A DNA stretch of 64,000 nt from NCBI RefSeq assembly GCF_001194135.2, contig NC_068995.1, forward strand, positions 35,300,088-35,364,087. The letters run 5' to 3'. Of the stretch, positions 13,140 through 25,878 are shown piece by piece; position 1 is the first letter of the stretch; the number at the start of each line of letters is the position of its first letter. The notes beneath the pieces are model-generated. The model worked only from the letters and a program-made list of their open reading frames with translations, was not told the origin of the DNA and made no database searches. This DNA is from Octopus bimaculoides. Its lineage: Eukaryota. Made by a program: the position numbers and the translations under genes.

Positions 13140-13790
13140 TAACTGCAGAATGGTGGAGAAGAAACAATAAGTCATATTGTCTCTGGCTACTCAATCCTGG
13201 CTAAGAAGTAATATATTCACAGACACAACAGAGTTGGGACCTATATACATTGGAAGCTAAGACGACACTATGGAATAACAACAGAAAATGATGGCATAGG
13301 TACTCGCCAGAAAAGGTCACATAAATGAGAAAGAAACCATACTCTGGGACATGCCAAAAGAGACAGATAGAGAAATTAAGGACAATAGGCTGCATACAGT
13401 TGTTAGAGGTCACCAAGAAAAAATGCTTTCTAATGAATTTATCAATACCAACAGATGACAATAATTCTCTAAAAGAAACGGAGAAACTTTCAAAATACAA
13501 AGATCTGGAAATAGAGGTTACCCGAATGTGGAGTCTAAAAGTAGAAACAATTCCTATTATAGTAGGCGTATAGGTATGATTAAAAAAACATTCAAACAAA
13601 TGCACAATAAACATATCAGGACTAACAATTATAAATAAATAATACAGAAAATAGCACTACTAGGCACCGCGCACGTAAAGCACTTTCAATACAGTAAAAA
13701 TAAGAGCATCACGACAATCTACAGCACTTACCCGCGGTACACAAAACTGCGCTCGGCAGTACAGTTAAAGCACGTGATAAAAACAGACTA

Positions 13791-13795
<5 letters not shown>
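13140..13795 (+). mobile_element. 3' fragment of an R4/Dong-clade non-LTR retrotransposon, family B
   Basis: Zn-knuckle remnant (GEETISHIVSG...HRHNRVGTYIHWKL), then ILWDMP, and ORF 13325-13573 ...SIPTDDNNSLKETEKLSKYKDLEIEVTRMWSLKVETIPIIVG, then IQKIALLGTAH. Ends in (TAA)n at 13795-13880. Confidence 0.88.
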
Positions 13796-13867
<72 letters not shown>

Positions 13868-14855
13868 TAATAATAATAATATAGAGCGTGTGATAGTTAA
13901 AAAGATAATAGAAGAAAGGTTGGGAATAGCGCAATGGAAGATAAAAGAAATAAGATCAAAATAACAGGATACAGTATAATAGCAGGTAAAGGGTATATTT
14001 GGAGCGTAAAAATAATTATAATAAACTAATTGTAGAATGGTAGAACAGTATAATATAGAAGTCCCATAAATAAGTTAAATACAAGATTGAATACGAAAAA
14101 TTCATTTCTTATAGATTATAAATAGTCAGACAGAGAAAAGCAGTATTTATTTTAAAAAATTGTTTTTAAAAATATGATAAATAAAAGCACGCATTAATTA
14201 TAGCAAGGTGTAAAAAACAAAGTAGTGTTATTAGCATACTACAGTAATATTAAAACATATAATCTTTCAAAGAGGATTTATGAGGTTTCTTAGTAAACAA
14301 CACAAATAGAAAATAATCCATTTCCGTATCAGTCAACTAGTAGCGAGTATAGATCACGCGTTTAGTTATATTTCTAGCAACGTTAATACTGGTGTAATTA
14401 GGAATCTATGGGTATAAGATACCAAACACGATTAAATGTAATTAGAAGTAATAAAAATAATGCATAATTATAAAAGCATGGTCATATGCCAATAGGGATA
14501 GGTGTTACATGATAGACAGTTTCTAGTATATATATATATATATATATATACACTAATTTTATTATCAACTTATCAAAGGAGTACATTTGTATGCTGTTCT
14601 CTTCCGTCAACCAAATTCATTTACAGGATATATTTAATGTAATGTGTGTTTCTTGATTAGCCCAAGGGCTAGTAATATAGTGAGTCTGGTTCAACTAATA
14701 GTATACTTGACCTGAATATCTTTCTGCCTGTGCTTTGGTACGAAGGTTTGTATTCGTCTATAGTTGCTGTGCATGCATTTTAATTTTGACTCGACCCGGT
14801 GCCTTAGCATTTTAGCGCCTGGTTCAACTCAACCCTAATATATTTTGTGTATATA

Positions 14856-15961
14856 TAAGGTCGTCAAATATGAAATTTGTACAACAAAAAAGAAAAGTTT
14901 GCTAATGTTTTATAAATACAAGGAATAGTTTTATTCATCAAAGTATGCACCCATATTGCCAATAAACCTTTGGCATTTCAGCGGTAGCTTGTCCAGCCCG
15001 GAAGAGTAAACGCCTGGCAATACAATCTTGGAAGTCCTGTTTTACAGCATCGGCGGAATTAAATTTTTTCATATCAAAATTTATACAAATTTTGTAAGAA
15101 GTGGTAGTCAGTGGGGGCAAGATCAGGAGAGTATGGTGAATGATGGAGAACTTCCAACTCCAACTCCTGTAGTTTTGCCAGCGTCATTTTTGCACTGTGT
15201 GATCTGGCGTTGCCTTGCAGTGAAATAGGAGCAGATCCGTTGACTAATTTAGGTTGTTTCTTTTTGTAAGTTTCTGCTTCATTTGTCTAGTTGGCTGCAG
15301 TATACTTCGTCCGTGATTGATGAGCCAGGTTTAATGAAATCATAAGGGATCACACCTGCGCCAGACCATCATACACACACAATCAGCTTCTTTGATGAAT
15401 TTTGCTTTTTAGACTGTGTTTTGGTGGCTCGACTTTGTCCAACCATTGTGCTGAACGTTTACTGTTGTTGTATTGGATCCATTTCTCATCACATGTTGCA
15501 ATTCGATTAAAAAATGATTCATTTTTGTGACGAGAAAGCAGCATAATGCAGGCTTCAAAACCCACTTATCCAACTTTTTCACTTTACCGATTTGAACTAG
15601 TTGAGTCAATATTATTTGTTTGCTAACACCAAAAAACAACGATAATTCATGAGCACTTTGAGATGGATCTGACTCGACGGTCGCTTTCAGTTCATCATTA
15701 TCCACCAGGCTGTCTATGATACAGTATTTCCAAGAAAGAATTCATATTTCAAAACTGTTCGAATTTCCGATTATCCCTCTCTAAAGAAAAATAGCAAAAC
15801 ATTTATAAATATTTTATAAAGCACAAAATGTATTCGAATAAAGAAATAGATTTTTCAGTTTTCTAACAAAAAATATTGTCAAAATTTAATAATGACGCAA
15901 AATGAGCAGATGTCAAATTTTACCATATACCTTACTACAAATTTCATACTTGACGACCTAA
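14856..15961 (-). mobile_element. Decayed mariner transposon (Mos1/SETMAR-like DD34D) with both TIRs
   Basis: TIR TAAGGTCGTCAAATATGAAATTTGTA at 14856 and TACAAATTTCATACTTGACGACCTAA ending at 15961, both TA-flanked. ORFs give DNDELKATVESDP...GKVKKLDKWV and RIATCDEKWIQYNN; the minus strand also reads HSPYSPDLAPTDYHF. Confidence 0.9.
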
Positions 15962-16113
15962 TATCTCTCTCTNNNNNNNNNNNNNNNNNNNNNNNNNNNN
16001 NNNNNNNNNNNNNNNNNNNNNNNNNNNNNNNNNNNNNNNNNNNNNNNNNNNNNNNNNNNNNNNNNNNNNNNNNNNNNNNNNNNNNNNNNNNNNNNNNNNN
16101 NNNNNNNNNNNNN

Positions 16114-16300
16114 GGGAGAATATACAAATAATAACAACAGACGAGGAGAGGTGGTGTAAATAACAAAAGGATATATTAGTATGACGCTCGGGAATACGGA
16201 AAGTCTTTGACGTTTCGAGCTACGCTCTTCAACAGAAAGAATACGGAGACAAGGAGAAACCACGGAGAAAAAAAAATTGAATAGTGTTCAGTCAACGGTC
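16114..16300 (-). mobile_element. Penelope-like pseudo-LTR remnant
   Basis: Carries the hammerhead-like motif below in a CT-rich context on the minus strand; truncated by a gap. The PLE assignment is inferred from the motif type. Confidence 0.55.
16204..16240 (-). ncRNA. Minimal type-I hammerhead ribozyme-like motif (core variant)
   Basis: Minus strand UCUUU-CUGUUGA-A-GAGC(GUA)GCUC-GAAA-CG-UC-AAAGA. Stem I is 5 bp, stem II 4 bp, stem III a loopless palindromic ACGU, cleavage triplet GUC. A6 of CUGANGA is U. Confidence 0.55.
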
Positions 16301-16324
16301 AAGGTATATATATATGTATATGCA

Positions 16325-16360
<36 letters not shown>

Positions 16361-17714
16361 TGAGGAATTGCTGGCTTTCGACAAAAATTTGTAATCTATC
16401 TAAATTGTTTATCATTCAGTATATGATGATTATATACAACACAATGGTTTACATTGCCCATAGAAACGTCATTTTAACAGTAAATCAAGCAGTTATAGAC
16501 AATTTCTAAACATAAATTTAATTAAACTCGAACAATTCAATTTGCTGGAATCTAGATTTAGAAATACTATTTTCCTTTTTGAAGAAGCACTGTAGTGAAT
16601 AGCTCATGGTTTAATCGTGCTAGATGCAAAGGAAGTACTACGTATAGGTTACTTGTTTTAAGGAACAACAGAATACCACAAATAAAGAAAACAAAAGGTA
16701 TTGTACTGTTTCATCTATAATATTTGGAATGATAATATAATCTGGTTTTACCCACCAGGAAAATCAAACATTGCAAGGTTAATTTTTTTTTACTAAGATA
16801 CGATTATGATGCAACCATAAAATACACCGGATTTTTTTAAATTCTTAATTTTAACTACGGTAATAAATCCAAGAAATCAAATCGTACGTTCAACGAATTA
16901 TGAAATTAAATATCTTACACTATCAAGAGCTATTTGTAGTTTTAGATCAACAACAACTGTTTCAAATAGCACGTGATTAGTGATTACGTATAATATTTCT
17001 AGATGCACGCTTTAAATACATCTTTCTCATGAATTCCAATAAGGTATAATTGTTTCAAAAATTAGAAAAGGATAATATTAGAAAAAAAATGGAAGTAAAC
17101 GTTCGCTTAAGATTTATTTGGACAAAGTAAAGACTGCAACGATAGTTTAAATTTTGCTGAAAAATTGCGTGATGTCTTATTATTCTTATTTTGCTAAAAT
17201 ACAAAAGCGCTACACCAACGTCCTCAGATACAAATATATTAAGATATGTTCATGAATCAATTCCGTCTTATGTTCTGAAGCTTCTGTATGTTTCTTTAAA
17301 AATTCTTGGCTTTTAGACAGAAATGTATCGAATTCCCTTTCCTGTCTTGACAAACAGTGTATGATGACTATATTGCGATATACACTTCAATGTAATAAAC
17401 AAAAACAGTATATAATATTTGAACACAATTATTTTGAATAAACATTTTGAATTTTGTTATATAACTTTTGAATGTAAACAATTCTCTATATCATTATTCG
17501 AAAGAGCAGGTTTAATATTAGAATTGTTTCAGCATAATTACCATAAAGTCAATTTTTGTTGTAGACGTTCATAGTATTATTAAGTGATTGGATGCAATTG
17601 AATTCTATCAGACATGAATACAGACATGATCTATTCAGATATGATTGCAGTCTTTTCTGATGAATCGATCACAGTAACGATTAGGCAATATTTTAGATAA
17701 AAAGAAAGACAGAG

Positions 17715-17800
17715 AAAGCGAGAGAGAGAGGGGGGAGGAGAAGAAGAAGAAGAAGAAGAAGAAGAAGAAGAAGAAGAAGAAGAAGAAGAAGAAGAAGAAC
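17715..17800. repeat. (GA)n/(GAA)n microsatellite
   Basis: Direct run. Confidence 0.95.
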
Positions 17801-18134
17801 CTTTAAATGAGTTTATGAACATAAGATCAAGGAATTTGTAGAAATGGAAAACACAATGATTTATATTTAACGTAAATAAAGTGTGCCCATATGGCATGGA
17901 ATTATGTTTGTGTATTATATGCCAATAATTTATTTTTCAATTGGATTCATGTTGAACTTGAATTAATTACAGTCATCTATTAATACTGTGATCTACAAAA
18001 ATGCTATCCCTTCTATACACAATTTTATTCTGCCACCAGCAAATAGAACCTCCATTTTTTGAATGATGTACCTCACTCTTGGTAGAGATGCAGCATTCAT
18101 TTAATTCTAGCTAATATCACATAGTTTAATCGTT

Positions 18135-18215
18135 GAACTAATGTCATATAATAGTTGAATTAATGTCATATAATAGTTGAATTAATGTCATATAATAGTT
18201 GAATTAATGTCATAT
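18135..18215. repeat. 22-bp minisatellite, ~3.7 copies
   Basis: Unit GAATTAATGTCATATAATAGTT repeated in tandem. Confidence 0.9.
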
Positions 18216-18452
18216 ATAATTATGAATTAACATTATAATTCATTACAAATAAATGTATTTGCCCATGTGTGTATGTTTGCCAACATTGACACACTTTGGT
18301 ATATTTTTCTTAATACAAAATTAGCTTGTAAATATGAATGGGTAATAAATATAAAGTCGCACACATATATATTATCTATATTTGCGTAAACATTTGCATT
18401 TTATACATGTAAAATTTAATATAGCCTGACTCCTTAAAGTATTATATACATA

Positions 18453-18499
<47 letters not shown>

Positions 18500-18501
<2 letters not shown>

Positions 18502-18875
18502 AGTTATTGTTATATCATTAATGATCACCACTACAATTTAAAGCAACTTTATATTACGCTTATGTATGTATGTAAATTGTCTATCTATCTATATAGATAT
18601 ACATGTAACTATGATATGTGCGCGCGCGAGCGAACATCTGTATGTATGTGTGAATGTGCACGTGTTTGAGTGCGTGTGTATATATGCATGTATATATGTC
18701 TAATGTTTCCAGTTATTGTTATATCAATATTGATTACCACTACAGTTTAAAGCAACCTTATATTATGTTTATGTATGTATGTAACGTATCTACCTATTTT
18801 CTATCTATCTATATGTGTGCGTATGTGTGCATGAATGTGCACGTGTGTGAGTGCATGTATGAATGCATGTATTTA
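18500..18875. repeat. Diverged tandem duplication (~180-210-bp period)
   Basis: CCAGTTATTGTTATATCA...ACCACTACA.TTTAAAGCAAC.TTATATTA occurs at 18500 and 18709; GAATGTGCACGTGT.TGAGTGC occurs at ~18652 and ~18833. Confidence 0.8.
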
Positions 18876-19472
18876 TGATTATTATATATACTAGGAGAAA
18901 GACTGCCCCTCGTCTAATTATTTCTTTGTGTAACAGTACTCACTTGCTTTCATAATTTTATCACAGTCATAATCTCTCCTTTTTAAACAAACATCACGAT
19001 AGTCCAAGAACAGAGGGAGAATCAGTTTGTCAAGTTTTACCTTCCCCTCAAAGCAAACATAGATATTTCAATTGAGCAGCCGATCTTTAAACTTTGAAGT
19101 GTTTCTGTTTGTGTATGAGGGAGAGAGGTGGGGGAGAGAACATTGCAAACAGTGAATGAAAAAAATATGAAGTGAAAAAACTGTATAAATAAAAAGGCAT
19201 TACTACAGAACGATGCGCCCCCGACTTTGTTGCCTCATAACATCCACAAAAATTGGATACTTCTTAACAAAACTTTCTACAAATACCGCTTAGATGTTGT
19301 GGCTTCGGTGTATATAGGGATTTATGGGAAAGAATATTTTTCCAGGGGTTGGAGACAGGAGTTTCGGAAAATTCATACGATCTGGCTTTTTCCCTTCATA
19401 ACCTTCATATAAAAGGGTATCTTTTAACGAAAGTTTATACAAATCCATTTCAAACGGCATAGATTACGAATA

Positions 19473-19893
19473 GAAATACATTTTCTAGCCTATATGTTAA
19501 GAAATACACGTTAAATCGTCTCGCCACAGTCAAATGTGCTGAATTCGACGCAATATTGCTATCCAACTGCTATGGCAACCGAGTACACATGTTGTTGAGG
19601 CCAGTTACGAAATTTGTTTCGGTGGTATCTGGGATATTTATATGTATTTGTAGCCTTGAGTTTTGCTTTCCTGTGAGTATGTATAAATATTTCATTTATT
19701 TCTTAAGTATTTCCTGCTAAAGACGGAAGAGCCTTTAGGTAGATCCAGAAATTAGCTAATGCAGGCCTATCTGTTTTATTGATAATTTCCGTTGGCTTGT
19801 TGCGTCGAATTCAGTACATGTGTTTGTGACTTGTTTGAGTGGTAAGACGATTTAGCGTCTATTTCTCAGCATATAGGCTAGAAAATGTATTTC
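19473..19893. mobile_element. MITE with ~55-bp TIRs and TA flanks
   Basis: TA-GAAATACATTTTCTAGCCTATATGTTAAGAAATACACGTTAAATCGTCT... pairs with ...AGACGATTTAGCGTCTATTTCTCAGCATATAGGCTAGAAAATGTATTTC-TA. No coding capacity. Confidence 0.8.
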
Positions 19894-20790
19894 TAAGCCC
19901 GTATTATAATTAATTATATACATGTATATATTTATATATATGCATACATGTTTACAGCATAATGAATTAAAGGCGGGACACGTGATTTGTAATGTCATCA
20001 AAGCATTTATATATTAATTATACCGAAATGAACATATATATTCAATGAAGCAGAGAAAATCGGAAAAATGAAGAAAAGCGAAACTTTGTACTAGTTCAGG
20101 ATAGAGAGAAATATATCGGGGAAGTTACAGATGAAATGGAGAATCTAAGCAATCCTTCATAATAATTCATCATAGATAGGTAGCTGGCAGCGATTTCATA
20201 CTTTAACGTCACAGGAAAAAGAGAGGAGAATTTTTGTAATCTTTTACAACTATTTCTGGGCTTCAATAATTAGTAAGTGAGGTAGTGCATAGATATACAT
20301 GAAATAAGACGGTGTTAGCAAATGTATATGAAATAACGCAAATTCAAATTGTAGTATCACTTAACCGTCATATTTGTAAAATATCCCTCTCGAATTAATA
20401 AAACGTTTGGGATTGCCTCTCAAAATCAAAGTTTTTTGCTTGATCATGAAAATACTAGAAGTCCGTCGAGTTCCAAATGAATTTACTACAATAGTTATTA
20501 TTACCTTGTTTCCGAAAGGAAGTCTCATATGCCATTTTAAAGTATGTCAATCGAAACTACAATCTCAAGAGGTTTCACCTCATTGGTATCTTGGTTAGCA
20601 GCGCCATTGTATCCGCTGCACCACATATTCCTTCCTAACACCCAGTGCCAATCACCAGATCTAAGATAACATGGGTGCATTCACACACAATCGTATGTGC
20701 CTCGATGTCTATGATACAGTCCCACAAGGATTCCTTGTCAGAAGACCAGCTCACATTATGTTAGACAGACCACCATCTTGTCATCACATT

Positions 20791-21061
20791 AATGTATATG
20801 AGAATGAGTGACAAACCCAAGAATGAAGAATCGTTACGATCTTGAAGAGCACAAAGCATCTCAAACCTAGAAAATGCTGTCATACAGACAAATTACGAAT
20901 AACTATTTGCGTAGAGATGAGTTCCCGATTATCCAACTATCACTCTTTCGGTGATGAATATTCATAAATACAAAATATCATGACTGAGAAAACAAAAATT
21001 GTCATTAGAATTGTCATTCGATTCTTCATTCCTAGGTCTGTCACTCATTGTCGTATACATT
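20791..21061. mobile_element. Putative MITE with ~43-bp TIRs
   Basis: AATGTATATGAGAATGAGTGACAAACCCAAGAATGAAGAATCG versus the reverse complement of the right end, AATGTATACGACAATGAGTGACAGACCTAGGAATGAAGAATCG (5 mismatches). Confidence 0.7.
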
Positions 21062-22268
21062 CGAGAAATTGAAAGTAATCAGTTTACTGATGGAAAAGAA
21101 AAAAACGGATGAGACTGAATCAAGAATTATAAACAACTTGCAATCAAAATTTCAAATACCAACCCCAGATCAAAGTCAGAGAAATACAGACCAACTGTCA
21201 GCAACCGGAAGCTAGAAATAGAACTATGCATATCCCCCTGAACGTCTTTGCAAGAACAAAGCTCAGTAGGAAAATCAACGGTCAAACATCTCTGCGGATA
21301 CTTCCGACATTCTGACTGATCTACAAGATGCACTTGAACAGAGGAAAGAAAAATTTCCCTCACTGCTGAATTGAAAATCAACAATGCGAGAGAACATGAT
21401 CTCAAAAAGCTAGGACTGAATGTTAGCCTATTGAATAGAAAGCAATCAGTCAACAACTTGCTTTACTTTCACATTCCGGAGTGTTCCTAACTGCTATACG
21501 GTACCCTTTTGGAAAGTAAAAAAAAATTATTTTTTAAAATTACATTGATTCTAAAAGCATCAAGAAAATTTCTGTTTATTTGTTATCCCCTCCTTCCACT
21601 TAAGGGACTTTTGGCATAAAAGTGAAAATTATGAAAAGAGCAGGAGGAAATTAAGTTATGCCCCAGAAACATAAGAAATGGTTGAAAGCTTAAAATTCAT
21701 AATGAGATAGAAACCGCCTTGCAAAATATATATAAGCGTAACACTTTTCAACTAGTATACAGATGATGTTGGGAGGATATGTTACGGAGGCCAGCAAAAG
21801 TATTGCATTTATTTAATCAGTTGAAAATAGAAGCTGAGGAAGTCACGTGTGTTGTTTTACGTGGATAGTTTGAAAATGATCCGGTCTTCATAGTATTCGG
21901 TTAATATCACAATCCGTAGTCGTTGATATCCACGCCACATCAGAAATCTCTGCACGACTGAGGTAAATATCACCATATCTAATTTTTAATATAGATGAAT
22001 GCGACGAAGTTCGCTTCTAAAACATACTTCAAAGAATGGAAAAAGATACTATAATAATGTACCCCTGAACTTGGTTACTGTGACTACTCTGTCGCATATG
22101 GAAGCAGTATGGTACGTAGTTAAATATTTATGCCACGTATTAGTTTGGGAAATTTCAGGTAACGTAATGAACGGAAAATAATAAAACGGCACAGCCGAAT
22201 ACCTTATAACGATTATATTGCACTTATTCTTTCTTAGTTTTAGAGTAATAAAATAATAGATGTGTGTA

Positions 22269-22324
<56 letters not shown>

Positions 22325-22529
22325 TGTATGTACGTTTTTATATATGTATTCTGCATATCCATCTGTTTGTTTGCTGATGATTGTGTTTGTGTGTTAGTGT
22401 GTGTGCTTATGTGCTGCTGTGTGTGTTTTTGTGTTCGTGTTTGTATGTTTGTATGCGTGTGTTTGTGTGTGTCTGATTGTGTGTGTACCTCTGTCTCCTT
22501 GTGTGTACATGTTTGTGTGTGTCTGTGAA

Positions 22530-24900
22530 TGGGTTTGTGTGATTATATAAACAGTGGGTATTGTGGTATGTGAATATTTCCCAATTAGTAATGAGATATT
22601 TCATTAATGTGGTTGTACTATTGTACTTGCCTGAGTGTTGGGTCATTCAGGTGCTTGGCTAGAATGTAGAAGTTAAGTTGAGATAGTGTGACTCCATATT
22701 GGTCTTCGGTATGTTGGTAGAGTATGGAGGATTGTTTTTGACGTCATATTGTCTCAAACGTCATTTAATCTCTCTGCAATACTTCTTGATGTCTTACCTC
22801 GTATATTATACTCTTGCCTTTACAAGCACCGCTATGCACCTTATGCTGTAGACTACATTTCTAGTTCTACAGTTAATGCCAGGGTTAATCTTACATACCA
22901 TGCAGTAATGATAGATGCATATGGTATTAACAAAGAGGTACGTCCTACATAGTTGTAATCTGATGGAGCTCACTGGCTTTTCAATGATCTTAATGTTGAG
23001 TTTAGCCTTCAGAGCTTTCCTAAATCTATGGGCTAGTTCTCTATGGGATGTTGCCTCTACAAACATCACTCCTTGATATTTGTCAGTCTTGTACCAAATG
23101 GTCACTCTGTTTGCTTTGTCATAATAATTTTGCATCCTATTCCAGTCTTTACTTCTATATCTAGGGCAGGTACTACTGGTTCCATTATTTATAATGCTAT
23201 CTAACTTCTTCCTAGAACACCTGTATGCCCGAGCCCTATCTTTCTGATCACATCCAGAGAACTGCATGCGGTGCATGAAGTTCTGTACATGTTTCTTTGT
23301 TTCATAGGGTTCGCAAAGTGGGGACAAGTTGTTCCTTATCCTAACTAGGTTTGTTATCAGTATGTTGATTTTCATGTTGTGTGACAAAGCTGAGTTACAG
23401 GGAACAACATATTTAGAAGCTATGGGTTTCATGTAATTGGAGCGGAAGAGCTGCAATTTGTTGTTCACAGTCTCTAACCAAAGTTCAGTATCAAGAACAG
23501 GGAGTTTATTGTTAGGGTCCCTAGTGGGGTAATCTATAGTTATCTTGATACTTTGGTGGATGGAGTTACCTAGATTTTGAATGCTCTCCATTATGCTCCT
23601 CTCGGTTTCTACATTGTAGTTACTAGAGTTTGTCCTAACTAGAATGTTAATGTCATCTACTTACCTGTTTTAAAGTAAAGTTGTAGTGGATTGTTCTGCT
23701 AAGGATTTAATTTTCTGTCTCACCGAGCCATAAAGAGGCCGTCCACATCTCCAGGCACAGCGGCACCAATGGCTGCACCTTGAACCTGCATGCATAGTTT
23801 TTTGTTAAACTTTACCATCTGTTTCTTCAAGGTGCTACTTCTGCTAGCCCCTATGCATGCGCAATCATTCTATTCATCCAACTGTTGTTCTCGGGGTCTT
23901 GAGTGGTTGTGACCCAGCCACCCCAGCTCTCTGCGGTACTTTTCTTCGCCACTGAAGTGATGGTGAGTGGTCTTACCTTCTGTGACCTGGTGGGGCAGAA
24001 TCTACTGTGATCTGGTGGGGCAGAATCATGGTTGATTAGATAGTTACTGTCAAGGTTCAGTTTAATGTGGAGCCCCATTTCCCTCGGAACTCTACCTCAA
24101 TATCACAGATAATCTCAATGCACTTTCCACAGCAAAATCTATATTTGGAGATGAGTAGACTGAAATTACATCTCTACTACCCACCACACAATCTGTCAGT
24201 TCGCTGGAGTGGTTGCAACTTCTGATTTTACTGAGGATATCCTACTTGCTCACACAGACGTCCGGGGATATCTCAATAGGTGGTTGTAATACTTGTGAGA
24301 GGAAGTAGGATGGTCTATAATTGCTGGCGATATTCGCTCCTCAAACTGTCCGAGTTGGGGACCCCATTACAGGGTTTTGCGTAGGGTTTAGGGTCTTTAG
24401 GTAACCCGTATAGCGTAGGAACATCGTCGTTGGATGCTTGGGAATTTTGTGCAGTTCGTTTCTTCAGTTGGAGTATGTTGCACCGCATTCCCATATATGC
24501 ACTGATGAGTTTTTCCTCTCATGTTTCTGTGGTGCAATATCTCTCATGCTACTGATGTGTTGATGCATGGTCTGGATATAGTTCTGTGGGTTGCCTATTG
24601 ACAGTTTGCCAGACTTGTCCGTAGGGAGGCACACTAATTCCATGTTCTTAATTCGCAGTTCCAGTTTTCGTAGGCCTTTGGTAACAGATGTACTGAGTTG
24701 GTAGTTCTCACCTTTATTACGTTTATTAGTGGGTTTGTTGTACTGGTCTAAGATGTGTCAGAGTCTATTTTTAGCTAAGAACACCTTTGATTCTGTCTCA
24801 CTGTCAATGTGTGGTCGGATACGCACCCTTTCGTTGAAGGGTAAGTTGTTGAGGAGATCCTCATCATGGTGTATGATTTGTTGTTAGGATTACAGAAGAC
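22530..24900 (-). mobile_element. Penelope-like retroelement (RT, Cys-rich linker, C-terminal GIY-YIG), decayed; Neptune/Nematis-type architecture
   Basis: RT remnants at ~23600-23820 (GAAIG...GDVDGLFM; VDDINIL). ORF 22806-23591 has IDYP...KLPVLDTELW...YMKPIASKYVV...SAL (thumb) and CIYHYCMVC...NCRTRNVVYSIRC. Downstream frameshifted GKTSRSIAERL...S.LYQH GIY-YIG remnants. The 5' boundary is uncertain and may extend to ~26270. Confidence 0.8.
22806..23591 (-). pseudogene. Longest open segment (261 aa) of the Penelope-like RT-EN ORF
   Basis: Open frame covering the RT thumb through the start of GIY-YIG; disrupted on both sides. Confidence 0.75.
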
Positions 24901-24919
24901 AGAGTGTAGGGTAGTATCG

Positions 24920-25250
24920 TTGTAATTGTTGTTACTAGTGGTGGTGGTGGTGGTGGTGGTTTTGGTGTTGTATCCATTGTTGCTGTTGTTGTTATTGTCG
25001 TGGGTGGTATCGATGTTCGTAGTGGTATGGGTGATGTGTTTGGTATTTTGTCATTGTTGTTACCATCGCTATTCCTATTACAGTTGTTGTTGCTTTGGCT
25101 TCGTATGCTTATGTTGTTGTTATGGTTGTTTGAATCGGGAATGTTGTGGTTATTACCGTTGTTATTGTTATTGTCACTATTGTTGCTGTCATTAACTTCG
25201 CTATTGTTATTGTTGTTGTTTTGTTGTCGTATGTATGTGTTGTTGTATTG
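24920..25250. repeat. Degenerate (TTG/TGT/GGT)n low-complexity tract
   Basis: Trinucleotide-rich. A similar tract lies at 25935-26110, beyond the SINE at 25536. Confidence 0.8.
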
Positions 25251-25535
25251 TCCTAACTTCCATCTTATTTTTAAGAATGTTTGCTTCTGTCTCAGACAGA
25301 GAATTTTCTGACCTTCTTATATGTAGAGAATTTCAGTGGTAACTATAAAGTATGCATTTCTTCCGTTATGCTAATGTTATTTTAAATGAAAGAAAACAAA
25401 AGAATCAAAACATATTTTAAGGCTATGTTTTTGCTACATTACGTGTCTTGCTTTGCAAAAATTAAGAACATTTGTTTGTTAATATGCATTAAATCATTAT
25501 TTGTATAAGATTAACAATATATATATATATATATT

Positions 25536-25878
25536 GGGTTCAGTCCCACTGCGTGGCACCTTGGGCAAGTGTCTTCTACTATAGCCTCGGGCCAACCAAA
25601 GCCTTGTGAGTGGATTTGGTAGACGGAAACTGAAAGAAGCCTGTCGTATATATGTATATATATGTGTGTGTGTGTTTGTCCCCCCACCATCGCTTGACAA
25701 CCGATGCTGGTGTGTTTACGTCCCCGTAACTTAGTGGTTCGGCAAAAAGAGATCGATAGAATAAGTACTAGGCTTCCAAAGAATAAGTCCTGGGGTCGAT
25801 TTTCTCGACTGAAGGCGGTGCTCCAGCATGGCCGCAGTCAAATGACTGAAACAAGTAAAAGAGTAAAAGAGTAAAAGA

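Noticed and set aside
21760-22110. Possible mariner-like remnant (TACGGAGGCCAGCAAAAGT)
   Set aside because: No second TIR or transposase motif could be read.
23715-23735. In-frame TGA in the Penelope-like RT (FMAR*DRKL), considered as possible selenocysteine because some Naiad PLEs encode it
   Set aside because: The element has a C-terminal endonuclease, so it is not Naiad-type. The position fits a Trp TGG-to-TGA change, and the copy has many other disruptions.
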